Of a stretch of 64,000 nt of DNA, positions 39,925 to 54,339 are shown one piece after another (within the stretch, counting starts at the first letter, position 1; each line of letters opens with the position of its first letter). The stretch is taken from positions 176,459,741-176,523,740 of the forward strand of contig CM041465.1 in NCBI GenBank assembly GCA_023213395.1, given 5' to 3'. The DNA comes from Cycas panzhihuaensis. Its lineage: Eukaryota; Plantae; Cycadophyta. The translations under genes were made by a program, and so were the position numbers. The notes beneath the pieces were generated by a model. That model worked only from the letters and a program-made list of their open reading frames with translations, was not told the DNA's origin and made no database searches.

Positions 39925-42900
39925 CTAATGTGAAGAACCCCCATCTTGTCTCTAAATTTTTGAAATCTGATTTTACAGAATGATTTCATAAAGATGTCTA
40001 TTTCTTGGTGTTTGATGCTATAATATGCTAATTTAATTTCTCCTACTTGTAGTAGCTCTCAAATAAAGTGATGTTATGTCTTAATGCATTTTGTCTTGCC
40101 ATGGAAAACTGGGTTCTTTTCCATCTATATTATACTTTGATTATCACATCAAATTCTTGTAGGGCCTTTATATTTTAGATAAAAGTCTTACAATAGTCTT
40201 CTCAACCATATTATTTCATATGCACTAGTAACTACTACTTTATATTCTACTTCAACTGTAGATAGGGAAACCGTATTTTATTTCTTAGTGCTTCATGCTA
40301 TAGCTTCCAAACCCATACTAAACATGTAACCTGAAGTTGATTTTCTATCATTGATGTCACCTACCTAATCTAAATCTGTATAGCCTGTCAACTAGAAGCT
40401 TAATGAATCTTTATAGTAAAGACCATATTATGAAGTGTCTTTAATATGATGAAGAATTCTTTTGGCTACTTGCCAATGAGTAGCCTTAAGGTCTTACATG
40501 AATTTGGATACAACACTAACTAAATGTGTTATATTTGGTCAAGTGGATATCAAGTAGATCAAGCTTCCAATTAGCTATCTATAAAGTGTAGGATCAATTG
40601 GTGTAGATTCATCTGATTTGGAAAGATTAATTCCTATTTTTACTAGAGTTTCCAATGATTTGCAGTCAGTCATCTTAGACTTTTATAATAGATCTAGGGT
40701 ATATTTCCATTGGGAGATGAAGATGCCATTCTTATCCTGCCATACTTCCAAACCTAGGAAGTAATGTATTAATCCTAAATCTGTCATTTCAAACTCCTTA
40801 TACATGGATTCCTTAAAGTTTCGCAAAAGATGAGAGTCATTTCCACTGTAGATAAGATCATCTATATAGAGTCCTATAATTAGAATAAAATCTCCCTTGA
40901 TTTTAATGTAGATATTTGGGTTTGCTTGAGATCTTCAAAGCCTTGATCTCTAAAGTATTTGTTAATTCAGGAATACCAAGCCCTGGGTGCTTGTTTCAAA
41001 CTGTAAAGTGCCTTTTTAAGTTTGTACACTTTGTTTTCTTTCCCCCTGACTTCAAAACTAAGGGGTTGGGACACATAGATATCCTCTTCAATATAACCAT
41101 TGAGAAAAGCACTTTTGATGTCCATTTGATAGAGACTATATATCCCGTTTAGGCTACCAAACTCATCATCATTTGAACTATTTCCATTCAAATAACAGGA
41201 GTAAATGTTTCATTATAATCAATGTCTTCTCTTTAGGCATAATCTTTGGTGACCAATTTAACTTTATATTTATCGATTGATCTAATAGAGTGAAACTTAG
41301 TTTTATAGATCCACTTAATGCCAATTGCTCTTTTATTTAGAGGTAAGTTAACCAATTCCTAAGTGTCATTTTTAACAATAGAGTGATATCCGTCTTCCAT
41401 CACCTTTCTCCAAGAAGCATGTGTATTGGCCTCATCAAAAGTCTAAGGCTTATCGGACTCCAAAACTTTGCTCATAAGGGAAAAGTTTACCCTATGTGAG
41501 TGAGTGGATCTTTGATTATTATCCAAAATGTTGCCTACATCATGATTCCTTTGAACCTATTTTGGAAGATTTTGTGGTAGAGGTTAAGAAGAGGTTGCCT
41601 CCTTACTTGGTTCATTGATGACTCGTCTAGAGTGAAATATAGGAGGCATATATTTTGATTTGGTGGACTTGTCAAAAATAATTCTTACCTCTTTCTTCTT
41701 TTCTCGATTATCTTGATAACAAGCATCTTCCTAAAATTTAATATCTCTACTCAACATAACCCTCTTTGACTTAGGATCATAGACTTTGTATGATTTAAAA
41801 GTTTCACTATAGCCGAGAAATATGCACTTGATACTATGATCATCCAACTTAGATCTCCTTTGGTTAGGAACATATGCATAAGTTACGTAGCCAAATACTT
41901 TTAAGTGATGTATATTTGGCTTATGGTCTGTTTAAGCTTCTTCAGGTGTCTTCCACCTTAGGGCTTTAGTGGAGTACCTATTGAGGAGGTAAATAGATAT
42001 ATGGATTGATTTTACCCTAAATTCATGGCCCAATTTTATATCCTTGAACACGCACCTTGTCATTTCAATAATGGTGTGATTTTTATTTTCTGCTACATCA
42101 TTTTATTGTGGGATGTAGGGATTGGTGAGATACCTTCTAATCCCATGATGTACATAATATACCTTAAATTTATTGGAGATAAATTCTCCCCCATTGTTAG
42201 ATCTTAGAGAGAGAAGTTTGTGCCTACTTTGTTGCTCCATAAAGGTTTTGAAGTCAATAAAGATTCAACATCTGATTTAAATTTAAAGGAGAATACCCAC
42301 ATCTTCCTAGTATAGTCATCAATGAATGTGATAAAATAGCATGTACCTACTAATGACGAGACATCTATAGGACCACATATATCTATATAGGCTAGCTAAA
42401 GTGGACCAATTTCCTAATAACTAAAATCTAGAAAACTTTCTCTATGTTATTTACCAAGTAGGTATTCCCTCACATATGGTTTTGTCCACTTTAATGTTAG
42501 GTAAACTATTAACCATATCCATTCTTTTCATTAGGACCAAACTATTATAGTTGAGGTGTCCAAATCTCCTATTCCATAAATTACTATCCAACTTGACTGT
42601 AGTTCTTAAAGGATAGGTATCTAATGAAGTAAAGACAAATTTAAACAACTTATCTTTTATCTTTTACCTTTTGAAATAATTATCTTATTTATCCTCTTAT
42701 CCTTGATTATACACTCACCATTATCAAAGATGACCTTGTAATCTTGACCTATCATCTACCCTACTGATAATAGAGTTTTCTTTAACGTAGGAACATACAA
42801 TACATCATTGAGGTGTCTATACTCTTCTATATCTATCATGAGATCTATGTTATCTCTATCAACTAATTCATAGAATATATCATCTCCAAATATTATTGAA

Positions 42901-44124
42901 CCTCTTTTGCTTTTGTTTAAGGTACAAAATAGATGTTCCTTATGAGTCATATAGGTGGAGCAACCTAAGTTAATATACCAACTATCGTCATCTTCTTCTT
43001 TAGTACTATAAATAAATAGGAAAAGTCTATTATTATCCCTTATCTCTATTGTGATATTTGCACTCCCTTTGGTAGGCGATCCATATTTTAAAAAATATTT
43101 GTCTTCTGTATGACCACTACAATGACAATAGGAGCAGTATAGGGTCTCTCTTCTTCCATAGCTTGGACTTCGACTTCATGGATGAGTTCTTTCAATGTGG
43201 GAAGGTCTCCCCATTTTCTCATAATGTGGAACTAGATTTTCCCTTTATCTATTATTGTAATCATCCTAATTAGATCTTGTAGCTTGGACATTTCCTTGGC
43301 AATTGGGATAACATGGGTGTCCCTCAGGTTGTTTCTCCTAATTTAGATACCTAGGAGGATTCACATTTTGTTGGCTTGCTCCTTGTCTCGTTTGATATGG
43401 ATCTTGGTATTTAGGTGGATCTTGTCACAAATCCCTTCTAAGATTTCTATCCCTTCTCTTGGGAGTGATTCTCTAGATTTTGATATACCCACTTAAGAGT
43501 GAAATTGAATTCTGGCCTTGGTAGCAAAGGCATACTCAAGTGATTCATTTACATTTTGTTGCTCCTCAACCGACATCAACATGGCACTTAGTTATTCCAC
43601 CTTTAGTGTGCTTAGATCTTTAGAAACCCCTATGCTTATTGTTACCATTTCAAACCTTCTTACAGCACCTGCACACTTTAATATTCTTTCCACTACTCTT
43701 TGCTCTGTCAATGTATGTCTCAGTGATATCATCTAGTTTACTATATTTTGGATTTTAGTTATAAATTCTATTACAAATTCTGTTGGCATGTTAGGCTTTG
43801 AAACTTAGATGATGTAGCTCCTTCATAAATTAATTAAAGGATATCTCATTCTTCTTTTGACTTAGTCAACTCATTAACTTGTGGGAAAATATGATATTCT
43901 AATGTATAGAATATAAGAGTAAGAGCTTCATTATCATTTCTAACATTTTATTTATAAGTTACCTTTTCAATGTCAGTGGCATTCTATCCTAATTCACTAT
44001 AGCATGTTTTTATAATCTCCCATATATCATTAGCAATGAGGATGGGTCTCATCCTCCTACTCCACTTTAGAAAATTATTACTATCAAATTTGGGGATTAT
44101 CATATTTCTAAAGTTTGATGCCAT
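39925..44124 (-). pseudogene. Copia-3 gag-pol (degenerate)
   Basis: Start MASNFRNMIIPKFDSNNFLKWSRRM at 44124; protease/pre-integrase ORFs 42756-42950 and 42451-42648 (LWNRRFGHLN); RT YQMDIKSAFLNG..LKQAPRAWY (40967-41191). Confidence 0.92.
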
Positions 44125-44295
44125 CTCTTAACTAAGGTTTTAAAAACTATAGATAAAGTAAGGTTTTCAAAGGTTTGATTTAAAAATTAACCCAAGAAGT
44201 AATGTTCAAAGTTTTACCTAAGGTTTTTCGAGTGTCCTAGTCCTTAATAAGGATTCTAAGCTCTAAGTCTAAGGGTCCCCAAGGGAAACCTTTAG

Positions 44296-44618
44296 TTGTT
44301 ATTATGTCTAGTAGTGCCTATCCACAAGTGATAAAATAGGGACCTAATATATCAATATGTGAGCTCAAGGCTCGATATACCTCAGCCAAACTTATGCCTA
44401 GTGATAAATCTAGTGGTGAAGGTTTAACTAACCAAGGAACTCACCCTCTCCAGGTCTAGCCTTGGTCTCTAAACTCTAATAAAGATTGGTTCTCCACCTT
44501 ATCATACCACCTAATACACCTTATAATCAATGAATTTCCTCATCTAATATGAGTAGGCTAATTGGTGTGTGCATGGTGGTAACTTTAGGGGTCCTAATCA
44601 TTTCCTTTGCAAGGCTGG
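44296..44618 (-). promoter_or_regulatory. Conserved non-coding leader element upstream of Copia-3 gag (homolog of 5528-5891)
   Basis: Reverse complement aligns block by block with 5528-5891; ends ~170 nt upstream of the gag ATG. Confidence 0.7.
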
Positions 44619-46234
44619 AAAAGATATGGTTAATTTAAGAATTATCTTTCTTAATGTGAGAGTAAATTTGAATTGAATGTGGTCTTACTTAATCTCTCTA
44701 AGATTCTTTTTATTCAAGAAATGAAATGAAATACAAAATAAATCTTTAAGTAAGACAAAAAAATATCTCAACTAAAAATATGATGCAAAACTTTTATATC
44801 AAATCATAATAAGAATAAGTAAAAGAATCAAGATACTCTTCTTCCTTTACTAAACCAAGAAACAAATGCTAGTATGCAAACTAATGCTTTTAAATTAAGA
44901 TGCTTTTATAGGAAAAAAATAGAAAGTTATATGCTCTTTTGATTGTGATGCAATGCAATAAAGAAATCCTTAATATTTGAATGTTATTTAACTTTTAGAA
45001 TATTTGATTGAACTTTGAGACAAATAACTAATCAATGAACCTTGAAACTAAGCTTTTGTAGATCTCAAGCTAAAAAAAGACTAAAGATTTTAATAAAAAA
45101 TAAAGTAACTTCTTGATTAATATGCCACTTAATATTATAAGACAATGATATTAGAATTTGAGTGCCAAAGAGTTCCTTTACAAGAATAGAAATAAATATA
45201 TGAAACTTGTAATTTTTGGGAAGAAACTATATTTAAAGTGATTGGAAGTGCCAAGAAATAGTTTATATTTGATTGATAATATAAAAAATTAAAATGAAAT
45301 CAAGGTAGATAGTACCTGTTTGATGTATTATTGCATTTAGACTTCTTGAAGCTTAAAAAGCTAAACCGATATTAGTTGGCTATAAATAGCTTATAATCTA
45401 TATGAAAAGTCAATAAATAACTCTAAGAAATTGATTAGCAGTAGATTATATGCAAATAAGATTAATTAAAATGAAAAAATACTAAAAAATATTACTAAAT
45501 AAGCCTGTTAAGGGCTAAATTGGAGCCTCAACTTGAGCAGCTTCAAAGTCCTATAAAATGATATCAAAATAAAATAAAACTAATTCCAATGTGAAGATCT
45601 CTAAAATACTTTTTGATAGTTCTTATAATTTTGAAATCAAATCTAAAATGATCAAGTTATTATGAAAAGTGTGAATAGACCTCTTTAAGGCTAATAGAAT
45701 AAGTACTAAAAAAAGGTGGTTACTTTGGTTTATTAAAACCCAGCTAAAATGGACTCAAATTGGTCAAGTGATGATACCATCCTAAATATATCTAAAATAT
45801 AGTTTTAATAAGACTATTTTCACTAAAATCTGATAGTCTAAGAGAAAGTTACAATAAAAAATATGAGAGGTCCTCTTTAAGTTAAAACAAAATAATTTTT
45901 TTTTAATAAAGTGAATAATCCCCTTCCAAACTAGGAGCATAATCATATGTATATTATTTAAACCACCGGTTTGGTCTCAAGGGGGGCTGCGAACCTCAAA
46001 CAATTTAGAATATACTCATTAGCTCTTAAAAGAACCGAAGTCAAAAAATATCTTAAAGATAATGATGTGCACCTCTTAATAAATCCCAAAAGTGAGGTCA
46101 TGTGGATTGAAGAGACCGAGGACCAAAAAAGAGAAGGGGGCTAATACCCTTTAAAACACTGGATTTTAAAGATTATTAACAATAATTGAATTTTTATAAA
46201 CTATAATCAACTTTATAGACATTAATCAAATTAA

Positions 46235-46394
<160 letters not shown>

Positions 46395-48183
46395 ACAATT
46401 AAAAAAATGTGTAGATCATCATGATAAATAAAGGCAATTCTGAGGAGATTTATCACCAAAAAAATGATCAAAACTCTTTGATCCTTCACTGAGATGAGGG
46501 GTGGATCAGAGTACTGGGCTGATTGATCAATAATGATTGAAAATAAAGAGATTTGATACTTTCTTTTTTTTGTGAAAAATAGTAATAAAAAGGAGAATGA
46601 TGATTAAATAAAGATTTCTAGAGACAACACTAGCGAATAATCAATTAGAGATCGATCTCATGGATTGATTAATCATAGCAAGAGGGGCACCTATGTAATC
46701 CTTATGAAAATAAACCAAAAAAAGATTGGAAAAAACTATTTTTAAAACATATATATCATATGGAACAATAACATAAAAAGAGGAAATAGGCGACTAACCA
46801 GTGATTTCTAGAGGTTGCTAACTCAAATGATCTTGATCTAATGATTGATTAGCTACTGTGAAAGGGGAACCATAGGAGTGCTGACTCATTTGCAAAAAAA
46901 AACTCAAAAAAACTTTGTATAAGTTAAAAAAAACACTGAAAATGGTGGGCAAATAAGATGAGGAAACTCAGTTGATTTAAACTCTCCACAGAGGGCATCA
47001 TTTCTTATGAGATTTTAGGGGTAGTTGGGTATTCCAAATAGCAAGGTGTTGGTAAAATTTCATGTCCAATGGTTTCTTGTAGGTTCAAAATAAAGACCAG
47101 AGTAAAATGGGCCAAAACTAGGTATGCAGTGACTCCGAGCGAGATTTCTCTTAGCAAAAGTGACGAAATCATGTGCAGTTTCTTCTGATGGCTAGAGAAT
47201 TCAATTATGATTAGAATAAGTAGTCATATGCTACTATTCTGATTAATGTATAAGCTACAATCACCAGTTCTAATTTGACTATGTATAGTTCTAAAAATGA
47301 AATATAAACAAAATATGAACCAATATATATCATTTTCTAAACTTTTAATACTGTCAACAATTAATAATTCATAATATCATGCACATACATCACTCCAAAG
47401 TGTAAATGATTTCTAAAAATAAGATTGGTGATGTTAAAAAACACCAGGGAGGTATTCCCCACCTATAAATAGAGTAATTTGGGGAGGCGGCAAGTGCCTT
47501 TACTTGACAAACATTTAAAATTCAAAAAAATATTAAAATTTTAAATAATTAATTGAATACTTACCTGTGGTATCTATGTCGGCTCTTTGATGGTTGCTGG
47601 TGGCTACTTGATGATGCTAGGTGGCCCGAGGTGACCTAGGGAGGCCCAAGGTGGCATTGAGGGGCCATAAGTGCATACTTGCATTAGTTAATTAGGCATT
47701 AACCCAACACACTTTAGGATTATAAGCAACCTACCCCACTCTAACATCATTTGCATTTCTTTTTCCATTTTTATTTTATCTTATTGTATTATATATTTTT
47801 GGTTTACTCCTCTTTTGATTCTATTTGTTTAATTTCTATGGCATTGAAGTATTCAAAAGGGGTCAAAGAGGAATCAATAGATTTTTTAGGCTTAAATCTG
47901 GTGACAACCCTGCTATTTTTAAGTCTCACATCTTTATTGGGCTTACTTTAAAATAAATTTATAAAATTACATCATTAGTTTATTTTTAAGGTTTTTGGAT
48001 ATTTGCATATATACATGCTTATCTGTAAAGTTGATGTTATACTTAAAGAAGGCACAAATCGAGGGATTTTCTTATAGGATTCTATAGGAATTATGACTTG
48101 AAGTTTCTTTCTTCTCTTTTTACTTTCCCTCATAATTAGAAAGTGCCCATAAGGTAATGGAAGCTCTAACCTTTTTTTTTAAT

Positions 48184-51100
48184 TATATAAAAGGTGCACT
48201 TTCAAAAACTTATTTTAAACATATTTTTTGGTATTTTTACACTTAGTAACTCTTTTCTATTATAAGTTGATTTAGAAAATAGAAAAATTTCTAGATTTTT
48301 CCTATAAATTATAATACATGATTGTTCTACTCACCTTGTTTGTTGTCATTTTAATGGAACCCATGACATGAGGGCTTTGTTATGATGAAAAGCTAGTTGT
48401 TAGTGGTTGAAGTGAATTCTAGGTACTTTCCCCTAAAACCCTCTCTTCATAAGTTTTATTTCCAAAAGAAAAAAGGAAAAATTTGCATTTTTAATTCATA
48501 GTTTTATTTTGAAAATGAAAAGAGAAAGTTTTCTTCTTTGCATGTTGTATTTTTGCTCATTTATCCCCTCAATTACATGTTGGTTGTTTTACAAAAAAAT
48601 ATAAAAAGTTTGAAATCACAAAAAGAAAACAAAATAATAAACTTGCATCCTACACTTTGCATTGCATATTCTTATTATTTACTTACTTTGGTAAAAGCCT
48701 AATGAAGTGGAGGCTTGCACTTATTGTGTGTGATCAAATTCATAGGGATAAAAGATTCTCTTTTTAGACTAGCATTTTGATGTTATTTTCACTTAATTAA
48801 AATTGCATATTAATTGCACTATAGGTGTATGTTATTTGCTTCTCTTATATCTTTTAGGATAGGGTTATTCACTTTCTTTCTACTTGGATTTCATTATTAG
48901 ATAAGAGCAGTGATCTTATGCCCTGAGGTGGGTAGCATATTTTAATCTGTATTTTAAATAATCTAGTGGAGCATATCTATCTCCTCCACATGCTTATATG
49001 TATGGTCTTAATAATTAAGTGAACTTTATTCATCCCATTGAGAGTGGTGACTTATTTTTATTTCTCCTCTTAAAGATTAAGGATTATTAGAGTTGGATGT
49101 AAACACTGTCAAGATACCTTATACTTATATGGGATGGGTCATTGTTATTGATGAGTTCCCACTAACTTATCCATAAGCAAATCTATATTATGGTCCTAAC
49201 TCCTTTAGTGCTCTTACTATGCATAGTCTTTTCCCATATTTCTAGGTCAAATTCGACATTTACATTTATTTAGGAGTTTAGGATATGATAAGTTAGTCTT
49301 CCTTAGGAGGGGTAGTTGCATTAGGTAAGGCATGTAGTTCTTACCAATAGTTGGGGTAGATGTGCCCTAACGGACCTCTCATATCTTGAGAGATTTTTGT
49401 TGGGTATTGTTTGGTCCATTTGGGGGTAATTATTATGATAAATTGATCTTATCTCCATTGTTTCAATTAGATTAATAGTTCTCTTTTACCTTCTTTCCAT
49501 GCATTACTCCTTTTTATATAACTGTTTATATCATTAGCCTATTAATTAGTTGTTAGTTACTTTCTTTCAAGTTTTTTTCCCTATTATTCCCTTATTTTTA
49601 TCTGATCACATACTCTCGCAATGCCTCTAGACCACGAATCCCCCTTTTATCCCTACACTCACATCCATGAGATGCATAAGTATCCTATTAGAGCCTTAGC
49701 CTCTTCCCTTCTCAACTTAGACCCCTCAACCCTTATTATTTAACCACCAAGGATTTATTTTTAGGTTCCCTTATGCTCTCACTTCATTAAATGTTACAGT
49801 ACCATTCTAGATGGTTTCCCATATATTGGTTCATCATTATTATATTTTCTCAAACTTAATACATCCATAGTATGGTCGCTAATGAATGTTGATATATAGG
49901 TGGATGAGGTCAATCACACAACCCAACTATAGACCTAGGGAAGATGGGTCTAAGTCAAGAAGGGAAAGATCTTAAAGCTCCATGGGAGACTTGTGTATCT
50001 TATAGAGAGGACTGTAGGGACAAAAGTGAGATTCTTAGACAATGTAAAAGCATATATTTAAATGAAAATAAAGGAATGAGAATGGGGTACTTATGTGTCT
50101 CATAGATGTGAATGAGGGGATAAAATGGGGAATCCTAACCTAGGGGTAATATGAGAGTGTATACTCAAATGAAAATAAAGAAATAAGGGGGAAAATATTC
50201 TAAAAGAAAGTAACTAACAACTAACCAATTAGCTAATTATATAGGTAAGCATGTGAAAAGAAGTAATACATGGAAAAAATGTAAATGGGAATTGCTAATC
50301 TAACTAAAAGAATAAATATAAGATTGATCTATCCTAATAGCAAGCACCCCCAAAGGGACTAAATAACACTCAATAAAAAACTCTTAGGATCTAAGAAGTC
50401 TGCTAGGGAACATGTGTCCTAACTATTGATGAGAACTACATGCTTAACCTAATGCAACTACCACTCCTAAGAAAGACTGATGTATCCTATCCTAGATTCC
50501 CAAATGAACCTAAACATCAAACTTGACCTAGAAATATGGGAAGGGATCAATTGAAGTAAGAGTCTTAAAGGAGCTAAGACCATATGATAGATCTACTCAT
50601 AAATTAGTTAATGAGAACTCAAGAATATCAATAACCCATCCCACACAAGTGTGAGGTTATCTGACAATGCTTACATCTAACTCCAATGAGCCTCAAGCTC
50701 TAAGAGAAAAAATAAAAAGAGCTTATGAATCTCAATAAGATGAATGGAGTTCAGTTGTTTATTAAGACCATATATGTAAGCATGTGGTGGGGTATAAATG
50801 CCCTCCACTCGACCATTTAAAATATGGATTAGAAGACTCTACTCACCTAAGGACATAAGAATACCCTTTTCATCTAGTGATGAAATCTAAGTAAAAAAAG
50901 AATAATCCTCCTATATCGGTGAGGAAATAACCCTACCCTAAATGATTTAGGAGAAGCAAATAACATACACCTATAATGTGACTACTATGTAATTTTGATT
51001 GAGTGAAAATAAAATGCAAGACTAGTATAAAAAGTGACCTATTTAGTCATGTGTATTCTAAGAGTCACAACAAGTACAAGCCTCCTCTTCATTAGGCCTT

Positions 51101-51600
51101 TGCCAAAATGTGTAAATAATAATCATATATAATACAAAGTGTAAGATGTAAATTCATTCGTTTCCTTTATTTTTATGTTTTTTACTTTTTATAAAATAGC
51201 CTACATACAAAGGTCGGGAGAAAGTAAGAAAAGATGTGACATGTAAGCAAGTAAACTTTCTATTTTCATTTTCAAAATAAAACTATGAATTGAAGATGTG
51301 ATTTTTGTCTTTTTCTTTTGGAAATTAAATCTACAAAGAAAGGGTTTTGAGGAAAAGTACCTAGAATTCAATCCAACTACCAACAATTAGCTTTTCACCA
51401 TGAAAAATCTCTCATGTTGTGGATTCCATCAAAATGACAATAAGCAAGGTGAGTAACACAACCATGTATTTTAATTTCTAAGAAAAATATGATAGTATTT
51501 CTACTTGTTAAATTGACTTATGATGGAAAAAAATGTTTTAATTAATGGTAAAAGAGCCAAAAATAACATAAATATAATTTTTGCAAATTACTTTTATATG
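48184..51600. repeat. Large diverged inverted repeat: arms ~48184-49689 and ~50081-51600, ~390-bp spacer
   Basis: For example GAATTCTAGGTACTTT (48414) vs AAAGTACCTAGAATTC (51354), and GATGCATAAGTATCCTATT (49671) vs AATGGGGTACTTATGTGTC (50081); colinear across both arms. Non-coding, probably retroelement leader-derived. Confidence 0.85.
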
Positions 51601-51639
51601 TCCCTTTTTGAAGTAATATATAAAACTTTAAACTATACT

Positions 51640-52480
51640 TCAAGTAAGTTTTTTGGTAAGGTTTCTAAATAAGTTAGGACTCAATTATGTAGGATGATTC
51701 TACATAGAGTTTTGGTTTAAATTTCTTGATAAACTAAAGTTTGAGTTATTAAATATTAGATTGTTATTTTTTTAGGTGAGACCTCCACTTTGACTTTGAG
51801 GTCTTGAATTATTATATGTTATAGTTATAATTTATGATTGTTGATTTTAGGATTTAGGTCATTGAAAGGACTTAGTATGTGAAGAAAGAGCTAGTGATAA
51901 GTCTTGTATTTCACTATCTTGAATGAGCATGGACTAACATTCCATCAATTGGGTTGTTAGCTCATCAAATGATATGGTAGGATGAACATATTACTATCTT
52001 AGTGTCTTGTATTGGTTAGAATATTTTAGCAACTTATTTATTGTAAGTTGAATGAGTATATCATCAGCTTTAGCATGCATTATAGTGATAGTAATTTTAT
52101 CAATAATGATGGAAGACATAATATAACTTTCTAAATCAATATTAATTAATTGTAAACTAGATAGAAAGTCTTCTACTCTAGTTAAATCTTCAAACTTAAG
52201 ATCATATAACTTTTATTCAAGGATAGTGACTTATGAAGTGTCAACTTTATCATATTTTATTTTTAACATTTTCTAAACTTTAGTAAGTTCATATGTGTTA
52301 GTTAATTATTGTCATTTGTCAAGGGATAAATATGAGAGGATGGTCCCTAAGGTGTTATCACAATTCTTCAAATAAATCATACATGCATTTGAGTCATTTA
52401 TAAAGGGTTTCCTAAACTTGTTAGTGACATATCTCCATAATTTTTGTTATTTTGTTAGATTAATACTCATATGTTGATGA
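51640..52480 (-). pseudogene. Copia-4 gag fragment (Copia-2-related)
   Basis: Minus translation QKLWRYVTNKFRKP...KYDKVDTS*VTILE*KLYDLKFEDLTRVEDFLSSLQLINIDL...DDILIQLTINKL...ISFDELTTQLME aligns with Copia-2 gag (KYDKVDMYQLVVLE*QLYDLNYDDFSKVKDFLSKIQLINKDL..DDMLVHLTINKL). Confidence 0.85.
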
Positions 52481-53049
52481 AATGGAGTAGGTGATTCATA
52501 GGAGTTACAAAGTCCTAAATGGACTTATGACACATGCCAATATGGTTATAGATTCATTTATTAATCAGGACTAATACCACTTGTATATTTATCTATATTG
52601 TGCTATGTGTTGTTCAATTGGGTGATAAGTTCTTATGAATGTTAATTATTATGATCAAAGACCAATTCTACCTAAAAAACTTATGTCTTTATGCATTTGT
52701 TTGGTTTTATGTTTTGATCTTATTCATATTTGGCACTAGAGACAAGTTAGTTATAGGTTATAAATTAATTTCATAGTCAGTAACCATTGGAACTAGTATA
52801 GCTTTATGTTGTTAATAATTTATAAGTTTGTTTATTAAAAACTTTGCTAGTTTTATCCAATTTATTATGGGCTTGTTTGTTGATAGGTTGTGATGTTATG
52901 TTGTGTATTAATGTCATCGAAGAAATAAAAATAGAGGGTTTGTTCATGGGGTTGCTTTTACTTTTCATTGATAATAATATGGAAAGCTATGGTAGACAAG
53001 AGCCCCTTGGCCATAATGAACTTAATCACAACTGTGAAGCCACATGCAG

Positions 53050-53211
53050 AGGTGTAGATTCTACTCTAGGGCCAATATTATTTGTTGAAAGGCTTCCTAA
53101 AAATTGTACCCATAGAGAAGTATCTCATATTTTCTATCTAGTCATTGAATTTAAGGAGGTGAGAGTTGTACATAAAGAGTTTAATGCCTTATTGAATTTG
53201 TTGATGCAAAG
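53050..53211 (+). pseudogene. Captured RRM fragment of the nuclear-speckle RNA-binding (NSR/RBP1-like) family, antisense to Copia-4 in its leader
   Basis: ILFVERLPKNCTHREVSHIFYLVIEFKEVRVVHKE then, frameshifted, CLIEFVDAK; matches the recalled NSR-type RRM LYVEGLP.NC.RREV.HIFRPF.G..EVRLV.K...LCFV(D/E)F. Confidence 0.75.
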
Positions 53212-53313
53212 GTATGACTTATCATGATGAGCCACATGGTGGATGTGATCTTGAACATGATTACTATAGATCTCTAGGATGGTAGATGTCCATATAAGAG
53301 AATGAGACCCTCT

Positions 53314-53821
53314 TGTTAGAATAAAGGATTCTTTAAATATCACATATTATAATTAAAGGAAAACATATGGGGCTTGGATAAATACCACTCCTCCTTGAAT
53401 ACCTTAAAATAATAGAATAAACAAAGGAGATAGTCCTTACTGCTCTCTAATAGATAGTTTATTAGCTCAACATAAGAAGGTTCAAATGAGATCATATGTC
53501 TCATAAAATACCTTTGATTTCTAGTTAGGGGAGATTCAAAGAATTGATGGCATGCCATGATAATCATCCATAGACTTGCATACAGGATATGCTTACTAAT
53601 GTCATGCCATTTCCATAGAGAAAATATCATGGAAATGAATCTTGAGATGATCCTTAAATATAGATGCAAATTTTAAAATGAAGTGCCTATATATAAAGAA
53701 TGTGAATTGAATCACATAGCCTATAAACACCTAAACATAAAAATTCAATTCATTATGCACCATATACACACAAAACCTATCACCACATACTTAGGGGAAA
53801 ATATATTTATTTTTTCTAATA
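53314..53821. mobile_element. Possible solo LTR
   Basis: Inverted termini TGTTAGAAT...TTTTCTAATA; TSD unconvincing (CCTCT/TTTGT); no second copy in the window. Confidence 0.35.
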
Positions 53822-54194
53822 TTTGTATTACATTAAGTTATTCTTAATTTGATTTTGAGTTACATTAAGCCCCCTAGATCTTAAGCCCTTAGTCATGTTA
53901 TGTAGAAAAGGTTGATTTCATTTTTGGCTCACTGAAGAACCTATTAAAAAAAATAGAAGGTACTTTTCTCTAATATTTTTTATACTCTTCATATTAAAAG
54001 TGGTTATATAATCATTTTCTAGTTCCCTACATGGTGTTTGATGACATTAGTATTTTTGGAACTTTGTGAAGTGACTAAAGATCCCACCATTAGTATTTTT
54101 CAATAAAATTAATATATGTTATCCAAGGGCTATTTAACACCCACTATTTTCTTGTGGTCATGATTATTTTGTCATATTTTATATTAAAGTAAGT

Positions 54195-54255
54195 ATAAAA
54201 TGCTTGTTTTCCTATTTAGATAAAATGCTTGTTTTCCTATTTAGATAAAATGCTT
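54195..54255. repeat. 25-bp tandem duplication (x2.4)
   Basis: ATAAAATGCTTGTTTTCCTATTTAG repeated. Confidence 0.9.
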
Positions 54256-54339
54256 TAAACTTCTTATCATAGTCTATTACACGTTGGTCAATACCATTTG
54301 TCTGATTAGTGGAATATGGAAACAAATGAAAAGAGGTCC

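Noticed and set aside
44255-44270. GCTCTAA as a split PBS of Copia-3 (implying 44267-47379 is an insertion)
   Set aside because: The adjacent segment is homologous to the Copia-1 leader in the same position relative to gag, so it is native leader; no LTR or TSD bounds the supposed insertion.
46940-47370. Host cargo next to the Copia-3 5' LTR
   Set aside because: Frames tried on both strands gave nothing recognisable; Copia-3 is not counted as a cargo carrier, which limits the generality of the pattern.
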